A DNA stretch of 63,140 nt, the filler included, from Choristocarpus tenellus KU-1152 (Eukaryota > Protista > Phaeophyceae), in NCBI GenBank assembly GCA_964200185.2. It is 15 parts of 15 records of this genome, joined end to end, with 100 filler letters (N's around TTAATTAATTAA, not from the genome) between each part and the next. Parts side by side here need not be neighbours in the genome. Positions count along the whole stretch, not along the records: positions 39,446 to 43,905 come from CAXNAD020014440.1; positions 44,006 to 47,429 come from CAXNAD020020135.1; positions 47,530 to 54,451 come from CAXNAD020007054.1; positions 54,552 to 58,195 come from CAXNAD020018771.1; 11 more parts are not named here. One strand, 5' to 3'. Below the pieces are notes generated by a model, which saw only the letters and a list, made by a program, of their open reading frames with translations, was not told where the DNA came from and did not search any database. How positions within the stretch are numbered: the first letter of the stretch is position 1; each line of letters starts with the position of its first letter. This document shows, piece after piece, positions 40,791 through 55,103 of this stretch. The position numbers and the translations under genes were made by a program.

Positions 40791-41749
40791 TCTGTTGCCA
40801 CTCTTGGTGACCTACAATCCAGACTTCGAACCCCAATATGACCGCTCTTTCTTCAAAAAAAGAAAAAAATGGCGACAAAGAAAAAATGGAACCCCTGCTC
40901 TGGAGGGAATTGTGACGGGCATCACGAATATGTTTTTACTTTTTAAACCTGATGTCTACATCAAAAGTTATGACGGGACAACCCCTGAGGGCGAAACTAC
41001 TGGTACCACTGTACTACTATTAATATATACACTCTTCACAACTCTACAAATACACTGAGTTACCAAGTACGATCGTACTAAGTTATATATTATTTGAGTA
41101 CCTCTTGTGGAGAACTTCTGGAACAGGATGATAAAGCAACTATTGTAAAGCAACCTTTTGATTATAGTGTCACCATTGGACGGATTGTTCGATTGATAAA
41201 GATAACTATGTAGGATGGGTAACACTGTATATATATGCAATGCGTACGTAGCCCTTTAGGATAATCAATGTGTATGGTGTATGTACTAGGGTATGTATGG
41301 TGACAGGGTAGTTTCTTATCCACCCCCTTCAATAGGTTATGGACTAGTTGCGACGAGTGGGTTTATGTCCATTTTCTTGCTGGGCGATAGAATGAGGAAT
41401 CCCACAACTTTTAGATGTGTATTATAGTTGTAAGTTGGTATGGTATAACAAAAAAGGTTCGTTCCTTTGGTGTATGGTAAATGGATCTTCAGGGCCTCTC
41501 CGAACAGAATAAAACAAATTGTATTTCATTTCATTTCAAACTGGAATTGGGACTGAAACGAACCATTTTGGGGGGGTGGTACGGAACGATATTTGTGGTG
41601 TTTCAGTTTTTCGCACACTTTCCATAATTAATGTTTGTTTATGGGTTGATTCCTAACTCCTAAACAAAAACAGTAATACGACAGTAATAATAGTAGAGAC
41701 ACAGTAGTAGTAGTCATAGTGTTTCCAAAAAAGGGTTAGTGTCTACCCT

Positions 41750-42230
41750 AATGTCGTATGACAGCGAGTTGCGTAATCTCTTCCATTCTTTGGAATCTGT
41801 CAATACAAGGGAGAGATAAACTTCATCGAATATATAATAGAAGTCTGATCCTGAAACTCTACCTATTTGAGTATCCCTTGTGGAAGTTTTGCTTGGTTTG
41901 CAGTTAGAACCTTCAAGTGACCAATGTTCCTTCAGGGTTTGGCATTCCTTGCCACCCTATTCACACTCTTGTTTCCAGTCCGATAAGCCCGTAAGGGCGC
42001 AGGGGAGTGGGGCTTGTAGATAATCGTCACAGAAAAAAATACTTTTGTTCCAACCTTTTTCCGGTCGGTGGTTATAGACAACACGGTGATATCGTTCTAA
42101 AGTTCGTCGGCGCATGGGTGGGTAAGGAATTCCCTTCATCGAACCTTTTCAGGTGTGCCAAATGTTGGTGGTCGAGGTCTAGAATCCACACTCTAATCGA
42201 CGCAGTCAGAAGAACAGAGGTGAGAGTGTG
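41750..42230 (-). mobile_element. Possible Copia GAG-pre-integrase/integrase remnant
   Basis: LDHQHLAHL (WHxRLGH-like) followed by SGSDFYYIFDE; weak. Confidence 0.3.
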
Positions 42231-43145
42231 ATATCTACTCCGTTTGTGCTGATTTGTTCGTATCTACTCCTCAGTCGAACTTGTCGTGAAAATAACAATT
42301 TCTCCTCTCCTGGGTATCCCTTGAAGAAGATATCCCCTTGTGTGCTTGGTCCCTGCACCTCACAACGCAATCAGTTCAAGTTTTGCCTACAGCATTGCAC
42401 CCGTCTGGAGAAGTGCACTTGCTCAGACCAATATTCCAGACCATCCCGTCCAACGGGAATACTCTTGGGTAGTCCTTTGCCTCGCTTGCAACATCATCAT
42501 GAGCTACCACCACCCTCTGATGATCACGTACTACTGATATCTTACATGCAGAGAAGTGTATGGATAACAGGTACAGAGTGTGTCAGTGGAGAGAGGGGAG
42601 GAGGAGCTCCGCCAGTGAGTAGCCTTGTGATCGAACAACTCCACGAGGAAAGGAGTAAGCGGGAGGGTGTGCGTCATCCTAATAAGAGAAGTAGACACGT
42701 TTTGGGCATGTTGCATTGCCTTTGTTCACCACCTATGCAATACACCCAATTTCATGTTTGTGTGCGAAATAGAAGCACCCAGAAATAAAGATGTCAATGC
42801 AGAAGAGAGACTGACAAAGCTATTCACTTCACACAATTGAACAAAGACCAAAAAGACCCGCCGTAGCTATTTCTGGGGATCATCATAATACAACCGTGTA
42901 TACCTTTCATTTGGATTTGTTTGTGCCTGAGCAATCCTAGAGGCCCAGTGCTGGGCAAAAAAAGGAGAGGAGAATATGCACCAGTTAACAGTCACAGTTC
43001 TCTAGCAGCACCAGAAAGAAAGGGGCAGAGGGGGACCTGTGCAATGGGTAGCAAGGGTAAGCTGTGCTGCTTTGGATACTTGTCTGCCTTTGTCCAGAAG
43101 GACATGACCTACCAGAATGTACACGTGTAGCAGTGGGATAAATCT

Positions 43146-43319
43146 GGCCCAAAGCATCTGGGGTGGGTGGTGGCTGTCCATTTGGGGCCCATTTTCCATG
43201 TCGCAATTTTTGGGTGATTTGGTTGCATGTGTTGGATAATGTAAGTGCACTTTTCCTGATCAGGGGCTAAATGGCAACCCTGGTGTAGAGCCCTCCGCCT
43301 CCCCCAGATACTTTGAGGC
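43146..43319 (+). mobile_element. MITE family B copy
   Basis: GGCCCAAAGCATCTGGGG...CCCCCAGATACTTTGAGGC, 4-bp TSD ATCT. Confidence 0.88.
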
Positions 43320-46300
43320 ATCTGTAAAAACAGTCTTCAATGTGACAACAGAAATTCTCAGCTATTGAAGATAAACAAAATAGGACAATGGTGAAGTGTA
43401 CCTTATTTTGTGTATATGAGGTTATTGTGTTGAATTGAGTCCAGGAGATGTAAGGAATGAGATGGTACATCCAAATTATATATGGGATTATGTATGGGTA
43501 CTATTCCGCATTCAACTACTTTGACATAACCGTTGACTTAGTAGGTAGGAAACACAAACAATAATAAACAGGCAATGAGAAGACACCCCACAAAAAGGTC
43601 ACGCTTCTAATTTCAATCATGTAATCACGTTTTCAGCAAAGGGGGTCGTGTGAGGCTTCACACCTTCTTGTCTTTCACTACTGACAAATAGCATTACCTC
43701 CCAAGGTAAATTTGCACAGAAGACATCATAGGACAGACCCCGGCCTGAAAAATAGAATCAATCACATCATGTTCTAGGCTAACCACCCCCTCAGTAGGGT
43801 TTAACAAAATTGTTGGACTACGAGAGGAAGGAAAGGGGGGGGCGTCTGATGATATTTACAAATATCCACTACTTTGTGGGTCAAAGTATCTGGGGGGGAG
43901 TGTCGNNNNNNNNNNNNNNNNNNNNNNNNNNNNNNNNNNNNNNNNNNNNTTAATTAATTAANNNNNNNNNNNNNNNNNNNNNNNNNNNNNNNNNNNNNNN
44001 NNNNNGGGTGAGTGGGGGGGGTGGGGGGGGGGGTGGGTGGGGGGGGGGGGGGGGGGGGGGGTACGGGGCGAGGGCTGTAGAAGCATGGGCACGTACTCGT
44101 GGAGTGCACTGGATAGGTAATAAGCTGATACATGTTGATGAGGAGGTAGGGTCCCTCCTATGTAGTGGAACATTGAAGTTGGGGGAGTCTGGCAAGATAG
44201 GAAGGGTGACCGATAATCAGTCGACTTCAAACAACCGTGCCTATCAACCACAACCATCACGATGCAAAAGAAATCTGTCAGTTTTAAAGGGGCAACCAGC
44301 AAGAAGAAACCTAGCATGTGACTACCTGTCACTCCTTTCACCTTGAGTAAATGCTGCAGGCCAGTGCAACAACAAATGGATTCCCCTGAATCCCATCATA
44401 CTGAGCTGCACAAGGTCTACCTGGCTATAAACATGATTGTGCGCAAGATTTGATGAAGAGTTGGGCTGTGCCACCGCTCACGCACGTGCCATCAGAGGTA
44501 GCAGTGCGCTGTATCCAAAATACTGACGCACTTCTGAAACATAGAGCAAACATGCCACTTCTCTTCTCTCCTCTCTCTCAATAGAGTAAATCTTAACCAA
44601 GAATCCTCCACCTTCCTCTCAGCACATGTGCTTGATACCTGAGCAGTGAAGTGATCTCGCTCGCTGAAGCCAGCTTCCCACCGGCATCGATCAGCTCAAT
44701 CGCTCCATTCGAGAGACCGAAGTGCCCAAGGACCGCTAGGAATGCTGCACGACATCCGACCCCCATGCTTTAGCCCTAAGTCGCGCAACTAAGACCACAC
44801 CCCCAAGTGGAAGCGTGGGTGGGAATCTAGAAGACGCTACTCTTCATAGCAAATAAAGCGAATTGCGTATCGTATGCATGTGGTTGTGGTGAGGTCAGTA
44901 GCTAGATACAACACTGATCGGTGACTTGAGCAAAAGGTAAGGGGCTGTCAGGGAATATGGAGTTAGGTCGAACAGAGTTTGTGGATCATGACCCAGACGA
45001 GCAATACCAAATCAAGAGGTCAGCTTGTATCTATGATTTGAAATGAAAGTGATGGGGGCATAGTCAAGATGCCTCCCTCTCACATGCAACACCATGTTCA
45101 ACTGGTGCATGCACCGTAACACAACAAACGTTTGATAGTTGCCCTATGATCCCAAGGAAGATCATTCTGGAAACTAAGAAACGATAGAAAGATATCATAC
45201 TTTGGAGGTCTCTTCCCCCGATTCAGACCCCATACCCGGGCTGATGTAATGAATCTTTGCCAACTAGTAAATTTAGACCTCAGGCTCCTAATCAAAGCGT
45301 TGTGGAAGAACATTGCGATTGAAGCATAGAGATAGCAGAATTCTCCAGTTCTACCACACCAAACTACATCCAGAATACCTTCTCAGTACATCAAAGGTTG
45401 TGCAATCAAGAGATGGAACGCTAAGGGTCAACGCAAGACGTTCACTGCACCTCTGTGGAGGCCACAGACTAGGTCTTGACGAGTACACGAGCCTCGATTA
45501 CAGGTGGAAGACGGGATCTTCTGGATGGAATGGTCCTCCCAATCCCGTTACTCCTTCCAACTTACGGTGCCCTTTTGAGTCGTCCTCCCACCCCTTTTTC
45601 CGCAAGTCGTCTGGTGATAATCCTAGGGTGCCAAGTGCTTGAAGGAGAAGGTAAGTATACACGCCTTCCGTGGTGTTGAATTATTTTCAATTTTCAGAGT
45701 TGTTCACGACATTATGAACAAGGGTAACCGCTGGAGAGAGGGATGTCGTCCAAACTCGCCAAACGTATGCTATCGAGGGTGGATGATATGGTGCTGAGAG
45801 CTTCGGAGGCGGCAGGTTCGGTGAGACACCCCTCCTTTTTCACAAACTAGTAACTTGACCCAAGTCCTACTCACCATACTTTTGAGAGATGGTTCTATTG
45901 ATATCTTGGGTTGCATTCTTCGACGATATTGTGTAAACTGTTCAAGATATCTCATTACAGATCCTTCAACCCGTAACCCTGTCGCCAACATCGTTGGGAT
46001 TTCAAACTGGGACATATTGTGAGAGGCGTTAAAGCATTACTCTGCACATGGCTTTCCCCCAACCAACACACAAGCAGTTGTAGCAAGGAGAGCAATCACC
46101 TCACCGCCAGTCACTTCCCCCTTGCGTTCGGATGCAATTTCCTTTTACAAGGACACTGTGCCAGTGTATAGCTATGAATATCGACATCCCATTAAGCAAA
46201 GATTATCCACACAAAGAATGACTTTGGCAACCATACATGGCCGTAACTCCTTTGACTCCTACCCCTGGCCTACAGTCTGTTGTCAGCGGGAAGCGAAAAA

Positions 46301-49300
46301 AAGTAGCCCGATCTCTCCTAGATGGTCCGAACAAACGAGACAGAGTGTCCAAGGTGGCTACAGGTGGTGGCCATTCTGCCGTAGCAAAGTCAAGCAGGTG
46401 GGAACATGTGTGACAAATACAAGAGGTCAGGACCGTGGGGTTTGGTGCAATTCGATTACTTGGCTCAGCATGGGATTGAATTTCGTGGCTGAATTCGGAC
46501 GCAGGACGGGATGTGCATCGTAGGAGGAGTCCCAGTAAAATGATTAGAGAGTTTCCAGTCCACATCTCTGACCATATTAAGAGCATACACCGTCTACTAT
46601 TTTACGTCTGGGACTGGCATAAATTGTTCTTGTTGCATAATCCATAGGCTATGGGCCGTTGTAACCATCTAAACCCTTCTCCCATCCTACTTTGCACTGC
46701 ATATTTGATTCAGTTGGTAGCATCATAGAACGTTTTGGAGGATGGCCTTTTTATCCCATTTTTTTCTGAGCAAATCGAAAGTAGCAACATGTTGGCCACA
46801 TCAAAGTCCCTCACCCTAGGCCTAACGACATTGTAACCCCCCCCCCCCCCCTCCCTCCCTCCCTCCCCCAAAATAACTAAAATTGTTCCAAGCTCGAAGA
46901 AGGTTCGTAAGAAGCAGAACGAGCGCCCGAGGAGCCTGTTGGAAGAGGCCCAAATGGATTTGGTCGCAAAGGAGGATCAATTTAAACGCAATATGTACCT
47001 CATCAATTACGGTAAAAAGTGGAGCAGACCTCAAGATCACAGCAAGCTCCTAAGGAAGACTCGAAAAAAGCGATCGAAGATGGAGAGGATGAGGGAGGGA
47101 GTACTCCGACTGGTCTCTCCTGATGTCGGAACAAGAAGCGGATGATCGCTAGAAGAGAGGGGGGACGCGGAAATGTCAGGGTTTTCCTTGTAGATATTAA
47201 GGCGCTGTGCAAGCCATGAGGATGGAAAGTGTACACCGCAGTGAGCTTGACTTTTTGCAACTGACTAGCTTGAAGGACCTTAACTTCCAACAGAGTTGGT
47301 GGGAAGGGCTTTAGGACTATACTTTCCTTCATCTCGGCTTCAAGGTAGAAACTGTTTTGAATGTAACCACAATCACGATCTTCGTCGTTTCCGCTTCTTT
47401 TTTTTTTTTTTTGGGGGGGATTGGAAGAGNNNNNNNNNNNNNNNNNNNNNNNNNNNNNNNNNNNNNNNNNNNNTTAATTAATTAANNNNNNNNNNNNNNN
47501 NNNNNNNNNNNNNNNNNNNNNNNNNNNNNACAGGTTTTTTTTTAATATCAGGACCCTTTAGTGGGTACCTGCAAAAACACCATCGGTGCAGGGGGTGGCA
47601 TATTGCAAACGCATCATTGATGTATTAACTTCTCAACTCATGCTGCACCAGTGTTCACGTTTGTGGAGGGTTGTATACATCCCCAGGAAATAATACTCCA
47701 TGCACTCCCGAATTGGAACAGTCTCTGAGGGCAAGTGTGTAGGCACATCGTGCATGCATGCTTTGTGTGCACACTGACAAAACAGGCATTGTTAGCTCAC
47801 CACAAAGAGTCAGAAACCATGCGAGACGTAGCTGCTAACACCTACCTACTGTGAACAACATCTGCACAATACCTCCACAAGCTCTCACTTGTCCAGGGCC
47901 AGACGCTTCCGCCAGCGAGCTCCAAGGAGGGCGACCAAAAGAAGGGAATCGCGCAACGCACGTCTTTCGAAGGCTCTCCCAATCCAATGGAGGCGTTTGA
48001 CCATCCTTCTCTAGCAAATAGCAGAGTGCCTTTGGCACAACTGGAATCCTGAGACATTTAATACAGGGTTGGAAAGGTGCGGGAGGGGGCATGTTAAGAA
48101 ACAGGCTCAGAATGAGCAGGTGGAAGCGACGACACTCTCCAAGGATCTTGCGGCGAGCCATCTAACCCTAACCCTAAGTCCCTCTACAGCCCAGCCCACA
48201 AAGTAAAATCTGACGTAATTACCCTAGATATTTTTGGCTGAGGATACCCGTTCAAACCTGGTGGTCAAGAAGGTACAATGCAAGGCATATTGGGAATCCG
48301 GGACCGCTCAGGCACCACCAAACCCTCGATAGAGCAGCATAACAGAAGAATAAACTGGCTCGTATCTCCCCCACCCTACCCACACCCTGTTCAAGAATAG
48401 CATGTACTATTTCCCCCACCTTCCTCCCTGCGGCCCCTTTGATGTAAGGAAGAGAGCGGCCTGCAAGACTTCTGGCAGGGGCGAAAGAGGTTTATACGCC
48501 AGGTCGCCACAGACAACCTTCAGGAGGCCTTTCTGTGCATCAGTTTCAAATTGAAGAAGAGATGGTGATTGGGGAGAGATCTCTTGGCCTCAGTTGTGGG
48601 GCTTGGTTTTGTTGCATACTCAGGTGTTCTCCATCAACTTTTCCTTGTTCAGGCTTAGTCTTCTGGCGCTGACTAGTTGGAACTCTGACAAAAAATATCA
48701 CATCGCAGCACTTCATATATTTTGTGGCATGTAGGTGGGCACCTCTCCCGGAAATACGTGTGGCACTCAGTTCGATCACTCACTCAAGACCAAGAAACTT
48801 TGGACATGCCAGGCGGGGAACACTTCAGAGGTGCAAAGATACTCCACCCAAGTAGCCCTTCATTGGACACGCAACACTCAGTCCCAGTAGGTTAGCCTAC
48901 AATAATCCATTTTGCTCATTCACATTGCTGCCCACCACCTATCTCCCTTCAAATGCAATGTCACCAACCTGGCTAGCCCGGAACTCTGCCTTGGTTGCTG
49001 GCCTGTCACCTCCAACCCTGTCCCTACCTATACCAACTCCACCTCCCATTCTGCTTGTGTGTGGAGCTGCCGCAGTCTCTACCAATGTTGGTGCCTGTCC
49101 ATCCACCCCTGTCCCCATGTTTCCTCGCCCTAAATGGAAGGAATTGATTGGGCAGCAACAGCAGCTGTCAATTGTGTATAGGGCAACGTCCCCTAGCCCC
49201 TCCATTACCTTTTCAAGAAGGCGAAGTTGCTTTGGATGGTAGGTCTCATCCGTCACTGCCACATGAACCCTACCAAATCCTCCCCGTCCCTCCTGTGCCC

Positions 49301-50975
49301 CTGCCCTGGTTCCAGTCCCTCCCCTCATTGGAATCCCTCTCCCAATGCCGGTCTTGTATTGGTCCACAGTGTATCCTCTGCACCACAAGGACAGGGTCCT
49401 CGGGATGTCGGCTGTAGCACAAGGGAGAGCTACAATAGGAATGTTCAGGTCCTGAGGTTTATGGGGTTTGGACGTGGATACTGAGTATGATGTCCTTTCC
49501 TTATCAGCCTGCCAGTTACAGGAAAGCAAGCATAATTATTCTGAGGGAGGTCTGGTCTTTTTCAGGAACCCCCCCCTCCCCATGTTCAACACTTCAACTT
49601 CTGCTAGGAGATAGTACCCCTGTCACCCTTCACTACCCTTCCCTTTCCTATCTACCTGTCAGCTTTGCCTGCCCACATTCAGACTGACTGGGTACACTAC
49701 TCCGGAAAAATCCCCACCATGAACAATGCCTGTAACTGAGAGATGACAAAGGATTACCAACCTTGGCACCATCACCCTTAAGTCTAACTAGGTACAGCTC
49801 AGGTAGCTGTGCACAGATCACTAAAACATTTCTCATTGGACCAATGTGTAGAGACACACTCCTTGGACACCACATTAGGAAGGCATAACTACTGCTATTG
49901 CTTCTTACTTAGATCAACTCTTACCCTTGGGTGGCGAAAATATCATCAAGGTCTCATATTTGCGCCCCCCCCCCATCCTTCTCACTACTCTTCCTGCTCA
50001 CCATTCTAACTATGAGTAACACAATCTAAACAAGACCTCTCTGTCGAAAAGATCCCCCTCTCCTTGTCCTGGAAAATTGGCATACTTGTAGTTGAGAGGA
50101 GAAGAGACAGCTACATTTTCCATCTGATCAGGAACATATCATCAGGCCAAGATGAAGCAGTTCAAACTACATACAAATGTAGTAACCAAGAAATACATAT
50201 TGTCCATGCTGTGTGATGCACATCTTCTCAAACCTGCGAAAGAATGGAAGAAATTGATCCTGTGAAAGCCCCCCCTTCCCCCCCTCCAACAAACAACTTT
50301 CTGCATACATTTTCAGAAGGTTAAATTGTAGCACTTTACTCCGGACCCATAGCTAACCAGGGAAGGGGATGCAGGCTGGTCCCTGCCAAATTCTGAAAGC
50401 CCTGGACTCACCCTGCCAAAATCTATAGTACAGGTGGATAAACACCCTTTGTAGAAATAACTCAAATCACACAAACACTTGATATAACAAGAACGAGGTT
50501 AACTGGGCAATGATCCCAGTAAGATGTTTAAGGTCAACCTTTGTACATAACATACGTACACACATGTCGAAAAGAACTACCTGGAGGCTTTTTTCACACT
50601 CAATAACAGCATGCAAGGAAAAGATGACAGGTACTCATCGAAAGGGTTTCCAATATGGCAGGCGCTTCAACAATGTTTGGCGTGTGAAATTTCATCACGA
50701 CTGTGCGAACTGTTTCTGAAGTTGTATGTATATTTATTTTACTGTTATTTCATCTTAATCTGCTGGTTCTGTTGAGATATCAGAAAGCTATGGACTGGAT
50801 GTGATAAAGACGATTTTTACCATGGCTGGCCCACATCCTAGACCCTTCGCAGTAACCCAATCCAATGTAAAGACGTAAAGTCATACCCAATTGCTGCAAC
50901 TGTCAGCGTGAGGCATGATCCCTTGCATACAGGGCTTGATAAGCAGGACCACATAACATGCAAAGTTTGTCTCAC

Positions 50976-53604
50976 CTGCAATGATTCCTCCATCTCGCAC
51001 AGGGCGCTAACTTCCACTGCAACTGGAAAGGGCAGCAGAGATTGGCCCCTCTCTGAATATTTTCCTCCAGCAACTCCCCTACCATAATATTCAACTTCAT
51101 CACTCCCTCCAGCATCATCTGGGACTTCAGGGGGTGGTGTAGTAGCCTGCCCCACACATGGGTCCACAAAAGCAATGACCTGCACCACTCCCAAGGGGGA
51201 AGATAGCAGAGTTGGAATGTGAAGACACAAAGAAATCAAAAGTACTATTGTTCTTCATGCATGCTGTTTGTAGGCATGAAGGAGGTTGATACTAGTAGAA
51301 CAGAGGTCCTAGACTGAGAATGTACTTCATGTATGTTTCATGTCCTCACGTAGAATTGCAATGTGGGGGACGCAGACGTGTCAAACACTGTTGTGCATCA
51401 CACTATCACACTCTATTGTAGACCATTTGAGATATTCGAAGAGTCCCTCCAAACCTACAACCTTCTAGACCACGACAAAATTATCTGGGCACTTTCTAAA
51501 TCATATGCAATATGTCCTTACTATTTCACTGCAGAACAAGATGAGGAAAAGTAGACATTGTGGGACAAGCAGGAACAAGTGTTGGTGTCCTCTCAGTATG
51601 GTAGGCTCAATGAAATGTTCACACCTGGAGGGGCATCCGGAGTTTATGACTGAGCCACATGCAGACACCGAGGGCAAGATTGTCACGAACCCTCAGACTG
51701 CCCGACACCCAATACAGTACACGTGCCCCTGGCTGTGATGTAGGCTGCAGATTTCGAGGAAGATTGAAGGGATATAGGGTTGTTATGAATTTGTGACAGG
51801 CTTTGATTGTGAAGACCCACAGTGTGGAATGCCTGAGTTGGGAGCATGACAGGTATCAGAGCCAAATATTTGAACTACAACTGCTAGAGAGGGAAACACA
51901 TCAAATATATATTTTTTAAGTACACAGCAGGAAATGTGATTGGGAAGGAGGATTAATCCTACATGTTGTTTGCAGTGTTTACTAGGTCAGAGGCAAAACA
52001 TTAAATTGAATCCTTGGTGCAACTGGGAGGGGACAGACTGAACATTGTGGTATGGAAACCTTAGCCCCCAATAACAACATTACTGCGAGAGAGGCAAGGG
52101 AGAAAAATAATAGTGTTGAAAGGGGCGTGTTGTCTTGCCCACAGTAAGATAAAGTAAACTCTGCCTCAAATACCAAGGTTATCTCTCTCAATATTAAGTC
52201 AGCAGTCTAAGATAAAGGTGAGGTAAAGGAGTTAACAAGAAGAACATGCAGAACAAACCACAAATTACTCTACTGCTACATTGTGAAAATGTATACCAAA
52301 CACGTGCTGACCAACCATGATTCTCCTAATTCCATTCACCCAAATTACCCACCAAAACTTGTCGACGTTCCAAAGTATCTCACCACTCCAGAGTGTCCAG
52401 GATTACAAAAGGTCCTTCGCCTCCTCTTGAGCGCTGGTGGCCAGGAAGACTTGCAAAAGGGGTCCCTCCTATCCACCCTCGGGCAAACCCTACAATTATC
52501 CCTTGTTACAGTTACTGTTGGGGACTTGTCCACGAGCAGTAAGGGCGCCGTTTCTTCGGAATTTCTATCCTTCTCACACGGAGTTCTGACACGCAGGGTA
52601 CGATGGCGATCACCTGCTTCTGCTTTAATTCCACCCACAAATGTGCCAGTGATAACATCTTCGGCCTCCCTCTTGCTCAATAGGGTTGGTGGAAGGTAGC
52701 CTTGTTTTAGAAACGTAGCAATCATTGATCCTGTAGTTGCTGCAACTCTTTCTCGAGGTTGCACAGCTCCTTGCACTCCCTCGTTTCTACTTCCTTCCTT
52801 GGTCTGCAGGGTTGAGAATGGCGGTAGCCCCGACTCAGGGATCACTGGTGCTGACTCTGACTTGCCAGGTGAGATTGGCGGTGTTGACATTGCAGATGGC
52901 CGCCGTGAAACAGACATATCTGCAGGTTTTGGAGAAGACCTCGGCACTTCTGGCGAGCGAGACACTTCTGGCGAGGGAGACAGTGCTGATGTTACTGGGA
53001 TAGATTTCTTCTCCGACGGTGATGTCGAACCCACTACTAGAGGCTGTCCCAACAAAGTTGATTGAGACGTAGGTAGCACCTCCAGACTAGTCGTGCTACC
53101 GTCCCTCGCATTGTGCAATACTTTTGCTAATGGCGCCTCTCCGTTCCATTTCACTCGGTTGATTTCCGTGCCCAGAGGTAGCTTGCAAGTTTTGGACTCT
53201 GGACTCTTTGGACTCCTTTCCTCTACCGGGATCTCTTCACCCGCATCTGCCTGCCACTCTATGGGTTCTAGGCTTTTACATCCAGCAATCCCCTTGTTGG
53301 GACAACTATCTTGGATGACATCACCACCTGGCACCGTGCTATCACATGTGCCTAGTGAGCTCTCATCTAATTCACTGGATTTCCCATTGACTTCACAACT
53401 ATATTCATCAAGGCACTCTTCCGTTTGACTGCCGATAGGTTTATTGAGGTTGTACTCGTTTACTGCTGCTGACAGGTTCCCTCGAGTCTGCGCACTCCTC
53501 CTGATCCGGTGCAACACTTCCAAAGGAATCGGATCCCGACATGTATCAAGGGAGAATACATCTGAGGAGTGGGGAGGACCAAAGAAGGTCTGAGCAAACG
53601 CCAT
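50976..53604 (-). CDS. Multi-exon gene of unknown function; long S/P/E-rich exon (53604-52384) plus exon 51179-50976
   Basis: 407 stop-free codons end at a gtgaga donor. The next 204-nt exon (VIAFVDPC...LPFPVAVEVSALCEMEESLQ) has cag/gtgaga sites and phase 0. The 3' end was not resolved. Confidence 0.7.
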
Positions 53605-55069
53605 TTAACCGCACAACAGTAGTAGTCCAAATAGGGTGTGTGTGCATGTGTTCTCTCCCTCTCACACTCTACTTTCCTCATTTGACTTAAAATTCAAATT
53701 TTATGCACCACAAAAATCAAAAACACTTTTCACTTACATATTCCATTAATAAGTTGGTCATATTTTCAGTTTCTCCTCCGCACTATTATCCTATACTATT
53801 AATAGTGTCTGTCAGGGATAGGTTCCTTTTTTGGGATCTCCGACACACACACTTGTGCATAAGACGCGCGGTCATATACAATTGCGCGTGCCAACCATGT
53901 CATTTGAGCTCACCCATACCGAACTGTCCAATAAACCAACCACACCCATAAGATCCGGATTTGACCAAACAGCCAAAATAGACGGTCAGAACGAGAACCA
54001 TTCCGATTCTGATTGATCCATTTCTTTGCTGCGACATTGCTCAGCCATTCGGGAAAATATGTAATGTTTTGAGGTTTTGTTCTGTGCTGGATTTCCTCAA
54101 CAGATTTTGATATGTTGGGCTAAGACCTTTGATACTTGGTCTCACCCTCTGAGGTGGAAGAGTTCACTCCGGTCATTGTGATTTCCCCCTTGTGCACAGA
54201 ACTTGACACCTTTGATACTTCCACAATAGTATGTGTGAGACGGTGGTAAGGGTCTAAATGTTAGTCAAGGAGGAGTCTTGTTTTGACAAAGGCTTGATAG
54301 CTTTGCAAACAAGTCGGGAGCTAGAAGAAATTATTACTTTAATTCCAGATGAAAACATATCTGCTAAGCCAATTAACAGCCTCGCACCAAAATTGAGGAT
54401 GGAGCATACTATGGAGGATGGGTTTGACCCAAAATGGTGCGCGGAAAGCACNNNNNNNNNNNNNNNNNNNNNNNNNNNNNNNNNNNNNNNNNNNNTTAAT
54501 TAATTAANNNNNNNNNNNNNNNNNNNNNNNNNNNNNNNNNNNNNNNNNNNNGGTAGGTTTCCTGCCCACTCCCCCCTCACCACAGCAGCTTCAGGGGCAG
54601 GGGGGGCAAGGGCAGCAGCAGCAGGCGAGGGGGGTTGGGGGACAACAGCAAGCGCCACAGGGTCATCAGGGTCACATGGCGACAGGTCAGCAGATCCAAC
54701 TTCATCAGGGAGGTGCAGTAGGTATGCACGTGTCTGGTCTGTACACAGGTCCAATGGCTGCTCAGGATTACTACGGTGGCCCACAATTCACAACGTGAGG
54801 ATGCATTTTTGGGGGAGATTGTGATGTGTGTTGATTTTTTTTTTAGAATGACTTCAAATGCAAGATTTAATCGAAAAATTATATTTTGTTTTTTTTAACA
54901 TTGTTCTTGGGCATTTTATTGATTCAAGTCCCCTACTGATCCCCTGTGATTTTTGGGCAAGGTATAATAATTGTAATATCAAGAATACTGTACTGTTCTG
55001 TGTGGAAGATATATCTGTGACATTTATTTGATGGCAATAATTTAAAGTGTTGATGAGTAGATCAGTGTC

Positions 55070-55103
<34 letters not shown>

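Noticed and set aside
52371-52380. CAAAGTATCT as another MITE end
   Set aside because: Isolated 10-mer overlapping a splice donor, with no partner TIR or subterminal motif.
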